In this document: positions 36,352 to 44,687 of the stretch, piece by piece
Layout: each line of letters begins with the position of its first letter
Numbering within the stretch: position 1 is the stretch's first letter
Source of the DNA: an uncultured Bacillota bacterium
GTDB taxonomy: Bacteria > Bacillota_I > Bacilli_A > RFN20 > CAG-826
Length of the DNA: 64,000 bases
NCBI GenBank assembly: GCA_949289845.1
Contig: CASEPN010000003.1
Coordinates: forward strand, 11,154 to 75,153
Direction of reading: 5' to 3'
The notes under the pieces: model-generated
What the model was told of the DNA's origin: nothing
The model's input: only the letters and a program-made list of their open reading frames with translations
The model's database searches: none
Position numbers and translations under genes: made by a program

Positions 36352-38691
36352 ATGAAGAAAAAAGTCATATTGCCCCTGTTTCTTGCGGCCGCGGTCCTCG
36401 CCTCCTGCGGGAACGGGGACGTCTCCTCGAGCGGCTCTGAGGGCGGGGATAGCTCATCCTCCGGAAGCATCTCCCAGGGCTCGGGAAGCGAGTCCCAGGG
36501 CGGGGGCGAGACCGATGACAAGGAAGACCTTGGCGCGATCATGGCCCTCATCGACGAGGCCAAGGCGGGGAGCAACTACTCCTACGGGCTTTACGACGGG
36601 GAGGCCGTGACCGGGAAGATCGTCCTCACCAAGGACTACATCTACGACACGACGAGCGACAGCGCCTCGATCGCCCTCGACTCCTACGAGGGCGAAGGGA
36701 AGTTCCTCTACTCCCTTGTCCACGGAAGCGAGGGCTACGAGGTGAGGAACGCCCTCACCTATGAGGACTCCACCGGGAAGGCCCGGCCATACGCAGCGAC
36801 GAGCGAGCTCGACTACCTCCGGCTTCTTGAGGTGGAGGGCGTGGACTGGAGCGAGGACGCCTTCTTCTACCAGAGCGGCTCCTACCTAAGCGAGGACGAG
36901 GACATCATCGCCATCTTCGCGAACATGTTCGGGCTGAGCACCCAGGTCCCCGGCATCTTCCGCGTCGCCCTGTCGCTCGTGGACGGGGATTCCGTGAAGG
37001 TGAGCTTCGCCCCCTCCTTCACCGAGGGGAGCGACATCGAGCTGATCGACGGGACGGTCGGGATCATCGAGGAGGTCGGGACCTCCTCCGAGAGCAAGAT
37101 GGAAGACTTCCTCCTCTCCTGGTCGCTTCCCGAGGAGCATCTGACCGAGGGGATGCTTTCCCCGGTCGCGGGGAACCTCGTCTCCTACGAGGCGAACGTC
37201 AGCGTCTATCTCGACGACGTCATCTATGACGTCCCGAGCGACATCCTCGCTACCTATGACATCGCGGGTGAGGAGCGCTCCATCACCGACCGGAGGGGAG
37301 AGGTCCCCGTGGAAAGCCACTACCAGGCCGACGGGGAAGGAATGCTCGAGGAGGTTTATCTCGGGCCGGACAACCTCCTGCACCACGTCTCTTCCACGGA
37401 GAGCTACGCCTCCTCCGTCCCGGACTTCCTCTCGCTTCTGGAAGGGAAGGCCTTCCGCAAGACCGGGACCAACGAGTACCGCTACTTCGGCTATCGCTAC
37501 GACGAGATCGCCACGAAGATCGGCGGCTCCGAGATCGGGATGGGGGTCGTCATCGAGATGACCGCCTCCCTGGACGAGGAAGGCAAGCTCGCCCATATCG
37601 AGGCCATCTCGCGCGACGTCCAGATCGGGGACGGCATCTTCCACTATGAGATGAGCATCGACTTCCTTGAGGGCGAGCCCCTCGCGGAGGTTGCTCCCTA
37701 CAAGGACGGGAGCGATGACGAGAGCATCGGCCTCGCCTTCGAGGACCTCGACGAGACCGGCGGCTATAAGCTCGTCGCGACCAAGAAGGACGACGAGAGC
37801 TTCCCCCGGGCGGTCACCGTCGCCGACGACATCGTCCTTTATGACATCGCCTCCACGGACACCGCGCCGGGAGGCGACTACGGGATCATCCACACCTACA
37901 GCGGCTATGTGTTCGCCAACGACAAGGTCTCTCCCTTCGTCGTCGATGATACGGAGGACGGGCTCGTCGCCCGCCTCACCGACGAGGGGGTCGGGGCGCT
38001 TTCCCTGGCCGACTACCTCCCGGTAAAGGGGATCGACCCGCGCGCCCTCGCCTTCGACGGCACGGGCGAGCACATCGTCCCGAAGGCCGGCATCAAGGGC
38101 TTCAAGGACCACCTATTCCTCGGCCCCAACGGCCAGTACATCGTTGATTCCACCCTGTCCTTCGACTACAGGGACGGGAAGGTGCAGGGCTACACCTACG
38201 GCACGGACGGCTTCGGGGAGGAGAAGGTCGAGATCACCTACGGGGCGACCCTTCCCTCGGACATCGACTTCAGCGCGATCCGTGGGTCCTTTGAGAGGCC
38301 GACGACATGGTCGAAGGGAGAGCCGGATGTCTATGAGAAGCTCGTGGGCATCGAGTGGGTCGGCGAGGAATGGGCGGACAAGATCCCTTACCTCTACGAC
38401 TCCTATCTTTCCGGCTGGTGGATGGTGAGCAACCCGTCTCCCCTCGTCTCCTTTGAGATCTTCAATGATCGCGACCTCGTTGGGAGCGAGAAGAGCCAGG
38501 AGTACGCGGAAGCATATGAGGCCCTTCTCGTGGAGGAAGGGTTCGTCTACGGGGACATCTCCAAGTCCTGGGGGAAGGCTGGCTACGGGATCCACATCGA
38601 GATTCTCTATAGCGAGTCCTCTATGTTCAGCCTCCAGATCTGGAACGAGTCCATGTGGCATTGGCGTTCCTCCACGGAGAACCTCGAATAA
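36352..38691 (+). CDS. Large acidic lipoprotein (779 aa), related to the two-domain family
   Basis: MKKKVIL..VLASC lipobox; long Ser/Gly tether; SNYSY, KDYIY, IEEVGTS motifs. The start is reassigned to 36352. Confidence 0.82.
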   Translation: MKKKVILPLFLAAAVLASCGNGDVSSSGSEGGDSSSSGSISQGSGSESQGGGETDDKEDLGAIMALIDEAKAGSNYSYGLYDGEAVTGKIVLTKDYIYDTTSDSASIALDSYEGEGKFLYSLVHGSEGYEVRNALTYEDSTGKARPYAATSELDYLRLLEVEGVDWSEDAFFYQSGSYLSEDEDIIAIFANMFGLSTQVPGIFRVALSLVDGDSVKVSFAPSFTEGSDIELIDGTVGIIEEVGTSSESKMEDFLLSWSLPEEHLTEGMLSPVAGNLVSYEANVSVYLDDVIYDVPSDILATYDIAGEERSITDRRGEVPVESHYQADGEGMLEEVYLGPDNLLHHVSSTESYASSVPDFLSLLEGKAFRKTGTNEYRYFGYRYDEIATKIGGSEIGMGVVIEMTASLDEEGKLAHIEAISRDVQIGDGIFHYEMSIDFLEGEPLAEVAPYKDGSDDESIGLAFEDLDETGGYKLVATKKDDESFPRAVTVADDIVLYDIASTDTAPGGDYGIIHTYSGYVFANDKVSPFVVDDTEDGLVARLTDEGVGALSLADYLPVKGIDPRALAFDGTGEHIVPKAGIKGFKDHLFLGPNGQYIVDSTLSFDYRDGKVQGYTYGTDGFGEEKVEITYGATLPSDIDFSAIRGSFERPTTWSKGEPDVYEKLVGIEWVGEEWADKIPYLYDSYLSGWWMVSNPSPLVSFEIFNDRDLVGSEKSQEYAEAYEALLVEEGFVYGDISKSWGKAGYGIHIEILYSESSMFSLQIWNESMWHWRSSTENLE

Positions 38692-38713
38692 GAAAAATCC
38701 CGAAATCTCCGTC

Positions 38714-38738
38714 AAAGCCGCTCGAAAGGGCGGCTTTT
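38714..38738 (+). terminator. Intrinsic terminator
   Basis: AAAGCCGC/GCGGCTTT stem. Confidence 0.7.
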
Positions 38739-38824
38739 CCTTTCTCGTTCTAATTGGATTTCCCAAGGGGAGGCTAGGGACTTAAAATACGGGCAGAAAG
38801 GAGGTACGTAGAAAGAAAAAGACT

Positions 38825-40528
38825 ATGTACATAGAGGAAAAAAGATCCTCGGCACTGGCGATGGCCCTCAGCGGCTTCAACTACGTGTTCCTGGATACTT
38901 GTTCCCTGATGGACGACGAGTTCCCGGAATTCATGGAAGTGCTCAAGGATTCCAAGGACTATCTCGACAAGAATGTCCATATCGTGCTGCTCGAGCAGGT
39001 GATGAACGAGCTTGAGAAGAACAAGCTCTCGACCGATCCCGAGCCGCGGATCGGCGCGATCCGCGCTCTCAAGATCATCGCCAAGGACTCGGGGCTCTTC
39101 GGGAAGAAGATACTGGAACACTGGAAGGCGGACCCAAAGGAAGAACAGGAGTTCGCGGACAACGTCATCACGAACCGCGCGAACACCCTCCGCCTCAACA
39201 GCAAGGTGATGGTGATCACCCAGGACAGGAAGCTCGCGCGGGACCTCCTCCATCTGAACGAGATGGAGTCCCAGCACGGGCGCGCCCTCAAGGTGTTCAC
39301 CCTCCTTCCCGGGGGAGAGATCGGGCCCATCAAGGACGCGATCCCCCGCGCGAGGGGACAGGGAACGAGGAGCGCTCCCAGGACCGAGGTCCGGAGGGAG
39401 AGGAAGGAGCCGTGCCTTCCCGAGCGGAAGGAAGCGAAGCCCCAGGAGACGAAGGCCGCGCCCATGCCGGCCAGGAAGGTCAGGAACCCGAAGACCCTCA
39501 CCGACGTCCAGTCCGAGCTGATCGCCAAGAACGCCGTCGTCGGGGCGATGGTCAAAAACCCCGGCTGCCCGCGCGACAAGGCCCTCAAGGCCGTCCGCGA
39601 GCAGATGGAGAGGATGAAGAACGCTCCCAAGGCGGAACTGGAGGCCCTCTCCCTCACCTACGACATGCCCAAGCTCGTCGAGGCGGAGAAGATGCTTCTC
39701 GCCGAGATCGAGACATCAAGCAAGAAGGAAGCCCCCAAGCCTGCGGAGAAGCCTCAGGAAACGAAACCCGCTCCCAACGAGAACTTCGAAAAGAGCTATC
39801 CAGAGCGAAAGGGCGGCCGTCCCCGCGGAGACGAGGAGATCCCCGTCTTCACCGCGATGGAGGGACGGGAGAAGCCTCTCCCTCCCAGGAAGGACCTTCC
39901 TCCCCAGGAATCCCTTCCCAAGCCCTTCTTCGAGTTCGGGCCGACCCTTGAGGCGGCGATCGCCAAGAGCGTCGCCCACGAGGGCGGGATGGTCCGCGGG
40001 ACCGGGGTGCCCTATCTCCCCGCCGTCCACGGGCCCTTCGACCTCACGGAGGACGTGGTCCTCGCCGCGGTGAAGGACATCTCCTTCGGCCCTGGCGAGA
40101 GGAAGTCCGTCACCATCAAGGGCGCCACATTCATCCTCGAGAAGGGGAACAAGGGGGACTACAAGGCCGGCTACCAGAAGCCCGGGCCCAAGAAGGCTCC
40201 CGCCCCGGAAAAGAAGGAGGCAGCGCCCAAGCCCGAGGCGAAACCCCAGGCCAAGCCTGCTCCGAAATCCGAGGCGAAGCCTGCGCCCGAGAAGAAGGTC
40301 GCGATCGCGAGGAAGGCCGCTCCAAAGAGCGACAACCTCGTCCTCGCCCTCAAGCACGAGCAGATCGTTCTCGCCAACCTCGGGAATCCCTCGGTCACCA
40401 TCGAGAGGAAGCTCAAGGACCTCGACGAGCAGGAGGAAAGGCTCCGTGCCTTGAAGCCGAGCGAGAGGACCAAGCTCAAGCTCGGGCTCCGCGCCATCCA
40501 GCAGGAACGCGCGAAGCTCAAGAAGTAG
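38825..40528 (+). CDS. PIN-domain (PIN_4-like) putative RNase with a long basic Pro/Ala/Lys-rich C-terminal region and an internal repeat
   Basis: VFLDTCSL, VMNELE, FADNVI and ITQDRKL supply the four PIN acidic residues; KPEAKPQAKPAPK repeats. Confidence 0.82.
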   Translation: MYIEEKRSSALAMALSGFNYVFLDTCSLMDDEFPEFMEVLKDSKDYLDKNVHIVLLEQVMNELEKNKLSTDPEPRIGAIRALKIIAKDSGLFGKKILEHWKADPKEEQEFADNVITNRANTLRLNSKVMVITQDRKLARDLLHLNEMESQHGRALKVFTLLPGGEIGPIKDAIPRARGQGTRSAPRTEVRRERKEPCLPERKEAKPQETKAAPMPARKVRNPKTLTDVQSELIAKNAVVGAMVKNPGCPRDKALKAVREQMERMKNAPKAELEALSLTYDMPKLVEAEKMLLAEIETSSKKEAPKPAEKPQETKPAPNENFEKSYPERKGGRPRGDEEIPVFTAMEGREKPLPPRKDLPPQESLPKPFFEFGPTLEAAIAKSVAHEGGMVRGTGVPYLPAVHGPFDLTEDVVLAAVKDISFGPGERKSVTIKGATFILEKGNKGDYKAGYQKPGPKKAPAPEKKEAAPKPEAKPQAKPAPKSEAKPAPEKKVAIARKAAPKSDNLVLALKHEQIVLANLGNPSVTIERKLKDLDEQEERLRALKPSERTKLKLGLRAIQQERAKLKK

Positions 40529-40536
40529 CGAGTCCG

Positions 40537-40567
40537 GCCGCCTTCCTTCGGGAGGGCGGCTTTTTTT
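40537..40567 (+). terminator. Intrinsic terminator (TTCG loop)
   Basis: GCCGCCTTCC-ttcg-GGAGGGCGGC-T7. Confidence 0.85.
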
Positions 40568-40646
40568 CTATCCCTTATCAGGGATTTGCAGGGTTCTCTT
40601 TTCAAGTGCTATCTGCCTGTATTGCAGAGGTTTCCTTTGCCAAGAG

Positions 40647-40674
40647 AAAAGGCCCTCCCGAAGGAAGGGCCTTT
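40647..40674 (-). terminator. Terminator of the 682-aa lipoprotein gene
   Basis: Minus strand AAAGGCCCT...AGGGCCTTTT. Confidence 0.7.
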
Positions 40675-40690
40675 GGCAGGCGATTTCGCC

Positions 40691-42739
40691 TTAGTTGGCG
40701 CTCGGCTCGCTCGTCTCGGAGCCGCCGGTCTCGCCGCCCCCGGTGACGGGAGGGACGATGGCGCCCACGTCGGGGACGGCGGTCTCGCCGACGCTGTCGA
40801 TCATGGTGATCCAGTGGAGCTCGGCGTTCACCGCGTAGGAGGCGAGGTCAGGGATGTAGATGCCGCCCATGCCGTACATCATGATGTCGATGTAGATGGA
40901 GCCATCGACGATCTCGATGGTGATGCTGTTGATGAAGTCCTTCCAGGTCAGCCCGTTGGAACCGACGAGGTTATAGGTCAGGTTATAGGCCATGTCCGGG
41001 CCGGTGAGGGGGTGGAGGGCGATCATGTCGCGGATCCAGTCCTCGCTTTCGCCATAGGCGGTCGGGAGGGCGACGTGGGCAAGTACGCCGTCCCCAAGGT
41101 CGATGTCAGTCTCGGCCAAGGAGTAGTCGATCCCCGCGTGGAGCTCGGCGGTCTGGTCGGCGACAGTGAAGGGGGCGGGGATCGTCCCAACGACCTGGCC
41201 CGTGGTGTCCACGAGGTCGGTGCTGATGCCCGCGTCCCAGATGCTGGCATCCTCCATGACGAGGCTCACGTTCGCGGGCGCCTCGCCGACGGTGCCGGTC
41301 TCCTGGTCGAAGTCGAGCCCGCTATAGCCGTAGATGTTGCCGTCCGAGGCGTTCTTGTAGCCGAGGTAGGCCCCGTCCTCGCGGACGCTGAGGGTCTCGT
41401 CGCTATCGACGTAGGTGGTCCAGTAGTCGTCCGTCTGGAAGTTGAACATCGCCGCGGTCTCGTAGATCTCGTTCGCGTAGGCGAGGACGTTCGGGTCGTT
41501 GGGGTAGAGCTCGACGGCGTCATCGACGGTGATGTATCCGGTGCTGCCGTCCGTGTAGGAGACGCCGACGCCAACGAAGGCCCAGGAGGTCATCGTGTAG
41601 CTCTTCTTGGCGCCGATGATGTCCGCGAAGAACTCAGTGAGCGGGTCGAAGGAAAGCTTCGCGGGGATCCTGTCCTCCTCGATCGCCTCATCGACCTCGG
41701 CGATGCTAGTGGCGTTGATGTCCTCGATGTAGAGGGTGGCGATCGCGTTGTTCTCCTTCGGGATGTTCAGCATGTAGAAGGACATCGCGAGGGCCTCGAC
41801 GGCCTTGCCGCCGCGGGCGCTGTTCTCCTCGGCGGTCAGGTGCTCGACGTAGAAGTTGTAGGTGCTCGCCGAGGCGGCGTCGCCCCCGCGTTCCTCGATG
41901 ATGTCGGCGACGCCGTAGACGCCGGTGGCGGCGATGAGGAGCGCGTCGGCCTCCTCATAGCCGATGGCCACCATGTCGTAGGGGTTCCCCTGGTAGTCGG
42001 TGACGGTCACGTCCTTGAAGGAGGCGGCGGGGAGCGAGGGCTCGACGCCGATCGTGTAGAGGGAGAGGTCGGCCATGATGCCCGGGTTGATGACGAGGTT
42101 CTCGCCCGTGCCCGCGGCCATGTCGTAGTCGTAGTCGTAGCTGTAGGTGCCGTTCGAGAGGCGGAGGTAGCCGCCCCCGAAGGTTTCGCCGGTCTCGGTG
42201 TTGACCATCCACTCGTCGGTGTAGACGTAGTCCTCGTGGTGCATCATCGCGGCCATGAGCTCGTCGTTCTTCCGGGAGTAGAGGCTCGCGGTGTAGTTCA
42301 GCCCGATCGTGGCGGCGAACTCGCGGATCTCCTTGTTCTGCTGGCTGATCGCGGAGCCCTTCCACTGGCGGGGAGTGCCACCGACGTTGAGGGTGATGAG
42401 CCAGTCGCCGATGCCTGTGACGGTGAGGACGTCGTCCTGAATGCTCACGATGTCAGGAGTGGTCGTGGTGACGGTGAGGGCGTATTCCTCGACCACCTCG
42501 CCATCCACGTCGTAGACGGTGATGTGGTCGCGGATGTTGAGCGTGTCGCCCACCGCGAGGACGATGTTCTGGTAGTCCTCGTCGACCTCGATGTCGTCGA
42601 TCTCGACATCGGGGACGAAGACGCTGCTGGATCCCCCGTCGGGCTGGCTGCTCGTGACAGTGGACGTGTCGCAGCCAGGCAGAAGGATGGCGGCGCTCGT
42701 CGCCGCGATCAGGGCCAGCACGGGAATTCTCTTTCTCAT
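40691..42739 (-). CDS. Acidic lipoprotein: Ig-like N-domain plus two family domains
   Basis: Lipobox LLPGC; clear paralogue of 42866-44686 (GSAISQ/GKAVSQ, GGGYLR/GGGLLR, PGIMADLSL/PGRYSDLSI). Confidence 0.85.
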   Translation of the reverse strand: MRKRIPVLALIAATSAAILLPGCDTSTVTSSQPDGGSSSVFVPDVEIDDIEVDEDYQNIVLAVGDTLNIRDHITVYDVDGEVVEEYALTVTTTTPDIVSIQDDVLTVTGIGDWLITLNVGGTPRQWKGSAISQQNKEIREFAATIGLNYTASLYSRKNDELMAAMMHHEDYVYTDEWMVNTETGETFGGGYLRLSNGTYSYDYDYDMAAGTGENLVINPGIMADLSLYTIGVEPSLPAASFKDVTVTDYQGNPYDMVAIGYEEADALLIAATGVYGVADIIEERGGDAASASTYNFYVEHLTAEENSARGGKAVEALAMSFYMLNIPKENNAIATLYIEDINATSIAEVDEAIEEDRIPAKLSFDPLTEFFADIIGAKKSYTMTSWAFVGVGVSYTDGSTGYITVDDAVELYPNDPNVLAYANEIYETAAMFNFQTDDYWTTYVDSDETLSVREDGAYLGYKNASDGNIYGYSGLDFDQETGTVGEAPANVSLVMEDASIWDAGISTDLVDTTGQVVGTIPAPFTVADQTAELHAGIDYSLAETDIDLGDGVLAHVALPTAYGESEDWIRDMIALHPLTGPDMAYNLTYNLVGSNGLTWKDFINSITIEIVDGSIYIDIMMYGMGGIYIPDLASYAVNAELHWITMIDSVGETAVPDVGAIVPPVTGGGETGGSETSEPSAN

Positions 42740-42763
42740 GTGGTTATTCCTCCGATGGAGTGG

Positions 42764-42820
42764 AGCATATGGGGGAAGTTATGGAAGTAAACGAAAAGTT
42801 CCACGAGGAAAGCGCTTTCA
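42764..42820 (-). promoter_or_regulatory. Promoter and cre-like operator of the 40691-42739 gene
   Basis: Minus strand TTTACT(42791-42786)-16-TATGCT(42769-42764); palindrome GAAAGCGCTTTC at 42808-42819, identical to 16673-16684. Confidence 0.65.
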
Positions 42821-42830
42821 TAGGAAATTG

Positions 42831-42856
42831 AAAAAGGCACCCTATTAAGGGTGCTT
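42831..42856 (-). terminator. Terminator of the M6 protease-lipoprotein operon
   Basis: Minus strand GCACCC/GGGTGC stem followed by CTTTTT. Confidence 0.65.
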
Positions 42857-42865
42857 GGGGGACCG

Positions 42866-44686
42866 CTAGGCCGCCTGGTCCGCCCGGACCTCGCCCTCGA
42901 GCCCGGCAGGGACGTTGTCCACGCCGATGTCGGAGAGGACGACCTTCCAGCGGATCCCGTAGCTGGCGGTCCCGGCCGCGTCGCTTGCGAGGTAGAGGAG
43001 CGAGACGCTCATCTCGATCGTCCCGGCCGCCTCGTCATAGGCGATGCGGAGGGGGTCGACGAGGTCGTCCCACCAGAGGCTGCCCGCGGCGAGGGTGGTG
43101 ATGTTGTAGGCGTCGAGCACCCCGCGGAAGGGGATGAGGCCGATGAGGAGGCGCTGGAGGGCGCCTTCGTCATCCCCTTGGCTCCCGAGGAGGGCGACCG
43201 CCTTCCCTTCCTCCTCGACGACATTGAGGGGATCCGTCTTGCTGAGCGTCTCCTTCGTCCAGTCGGCGAGGGTCAGGGGCGAGGGGGTGAGGGGCTCCAT
43301 CGGGCCGACTTCCGAGCCGATCCCTTCCTCCCAGATGCCCTCGAGGCCGATTTCCGTCGGGGCGGACCACTTGGCCTCCTCGCTCGTCCGGCTCGTCCCG
43401 GAGAGCTTCCCGCCGTAGGGGAGGTAGAGCACCTCCTCGCCGGTCCCGAGGTTCTTCGAGAGGTGGGTGGTCCCGTTCACGTAGGTGCGGTAGCTTCCGA
43501 GCTCCCCGGGGAGGAGGCTCTGGACCTGGCTGACGATGTAGGGATCCTCGGTCTTCTCCCAGAGGGAGTAGTCCGTGTCCTCCGCCGCCCAGGTGCCGAC
43601 GCTGACCTCGCTATCCATCGTGTAGGGGGTCTTACCGGAAGCGATTCCCGCAAGAACCCCGTCGATCGTCGGATTTTCGAGGCGGGCGGGCTCGGACCCG
43701 CTTTCGATGTAGTTGACCACGGGCTCGACGAGGCCGGTCTCGCCGATCGCGGTGAACTCGAGGTAGAGGAAGTCGCCCTGGAGGCGGGCGGAGGAGCCGA
43801 CGATGTCGACCCCGTAGGTGTTCCCTTCCTCGTCCTTGATGACCTCGGCGTAGTAGCTGGCGTCGCTGACGCCGAAGTAGCCTTCGACGGAGGCGAGGCT
43901 AAAGCCGCTCAAGCCGTAGTAGAGGTACTCGTCGACGGCGAGGGAGGAGATGGCGACCCTCGTGGGCATCCCGTTCTTGTCGACGACGTCCGTGAGGGCG
44001 TTGCTCAGGTCGGGGAGGTCGCTCCCGTAGGTAAGGATCGAGAGGTCGCTGTAGCGGCCGGGCAGGACCTTGAGGTTCTGGAAGCCGATCTCTCCGGCGG
44101 CTCCGCCTTCGACCGCCTCGATCTCGTACTGGTAGGTGTGGCCCGCCTTGGAGCGGAGGAGCCCTCCTCCGATCGCGAGCGACCAGTAGTAGTCCTTGTC
44201 ATGGACGGTGAGGTCGAGGTAGCCGTACTGGCCGGTATCTATGTCGATCATCAGCCCGGCGCACTGGTACTGGTTCTTGATGGAGGAAAGGATGGCCTTG
44301 GCCTCCAGGAGCTCCTGGGAGACAGCCTTCCCCTCGAAGCGGCGGACCGCCGAGCCGGAGGTGACGCGGATCGCGAAGTCCCCGGCGGAGATGAGGGTGC
44401 AGTTCCCTTCCCCGTCGATCGTGACGTTCGGGGTCAGGGGCTGGTAGGAAAGGGGCGCGCCCGGGGGATCGGTCTCCAGGTAGTCGGCGATATGGAAGGG
44501 GACGCCGATCGCGAACTCCGTCGGGCAGTCGTCGACGCGCCAGATCTCGTCCGCCCCGACCGCGGAGGAGATGCTTTCGCTCGCGCTTCCGGAGTCAGGG
44601 GCGGTGGATGAGACGTCGCCCTTATCCCCGCAGGAGGCGAGGAGGACGAGCGAAAGAAGGACGGGAAGGATCGTTCCTTTCTTCAT
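42866..44686 (-). CDS. Acidic lipoprotein: Ig-like N-domain plus two family domains
   Basis: MKKGTIL..LLASC lipobox; starts 1 nt after the stop of the M6 protease gene. Confidence 0.85.
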   Translation of the reverse strand: MKKGTILPVLLSLVLLASCGDKGDVSSTAPDSGSASESISSAVGADEIWRVDDCPTEFAIGVPFHIADYLETDPPGAPLSYQPLTPNVTIDGEGNCTLISAGDFAIRVTSGSAVRRFEGKAVSQELLEAKAILSSIKNQYQCAGLMIDIDTGQYGYLDLTVHDKDYYWSLAIGGGLLRSKAGHTYQYEIEAVEGGAAGEIGFQNLKVLPGRYSDLSILTYGSDLPDLSNALTDVVDKNGMPTRVAISSLAVDEYLYYGLSGFSLASVEGYFGVSDASYYAEVIKDEEGNTYGVDIVGSSARLQGDFLYLEFTAIGETGLVEPVVNYIESGSEPARLENPTIDGVLAGIASGKTPYTMDSEVSVGTWAAEDTDYSLWEKTEDPYIVSQVQSLLPGELGSYRTYVNGTTHLSKNLGTGEEVLYLPYGGKLSGTSRTSEEAKWSAPTEIGLEGIWEEGIGSEVGPMEPLTPSPLTLADWTKETLSKTDPLNVVEEEGKAVALLGSQGDDEGALQRLLIGLIPFRGVLDAYNITTLAAGSLWWDDLVDPLRIAYDEAAGTIEMSVSLLYLASDAAGTASYGIRWKVVLSDIGVDNVPAGLEGEVRADQAA

Positions 44687-44687
44687 C

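Noticed and set aside
38760-38825. Possible antitoxin upstream of the PIN gene (VapBC pair)
   Set aside because: The gap after the terminator is under 90 nt and holds only promoter and SD-like signals; no antitoxin ORF.
40190-40330. Degenerate DNA repeats encoding KPEAKPQAKPAPKSEAKPAP
   Set aside because: Coding low-complexity linker; no constant-length repeat-spacer pattern, so not a CRISPR array or VNTR.
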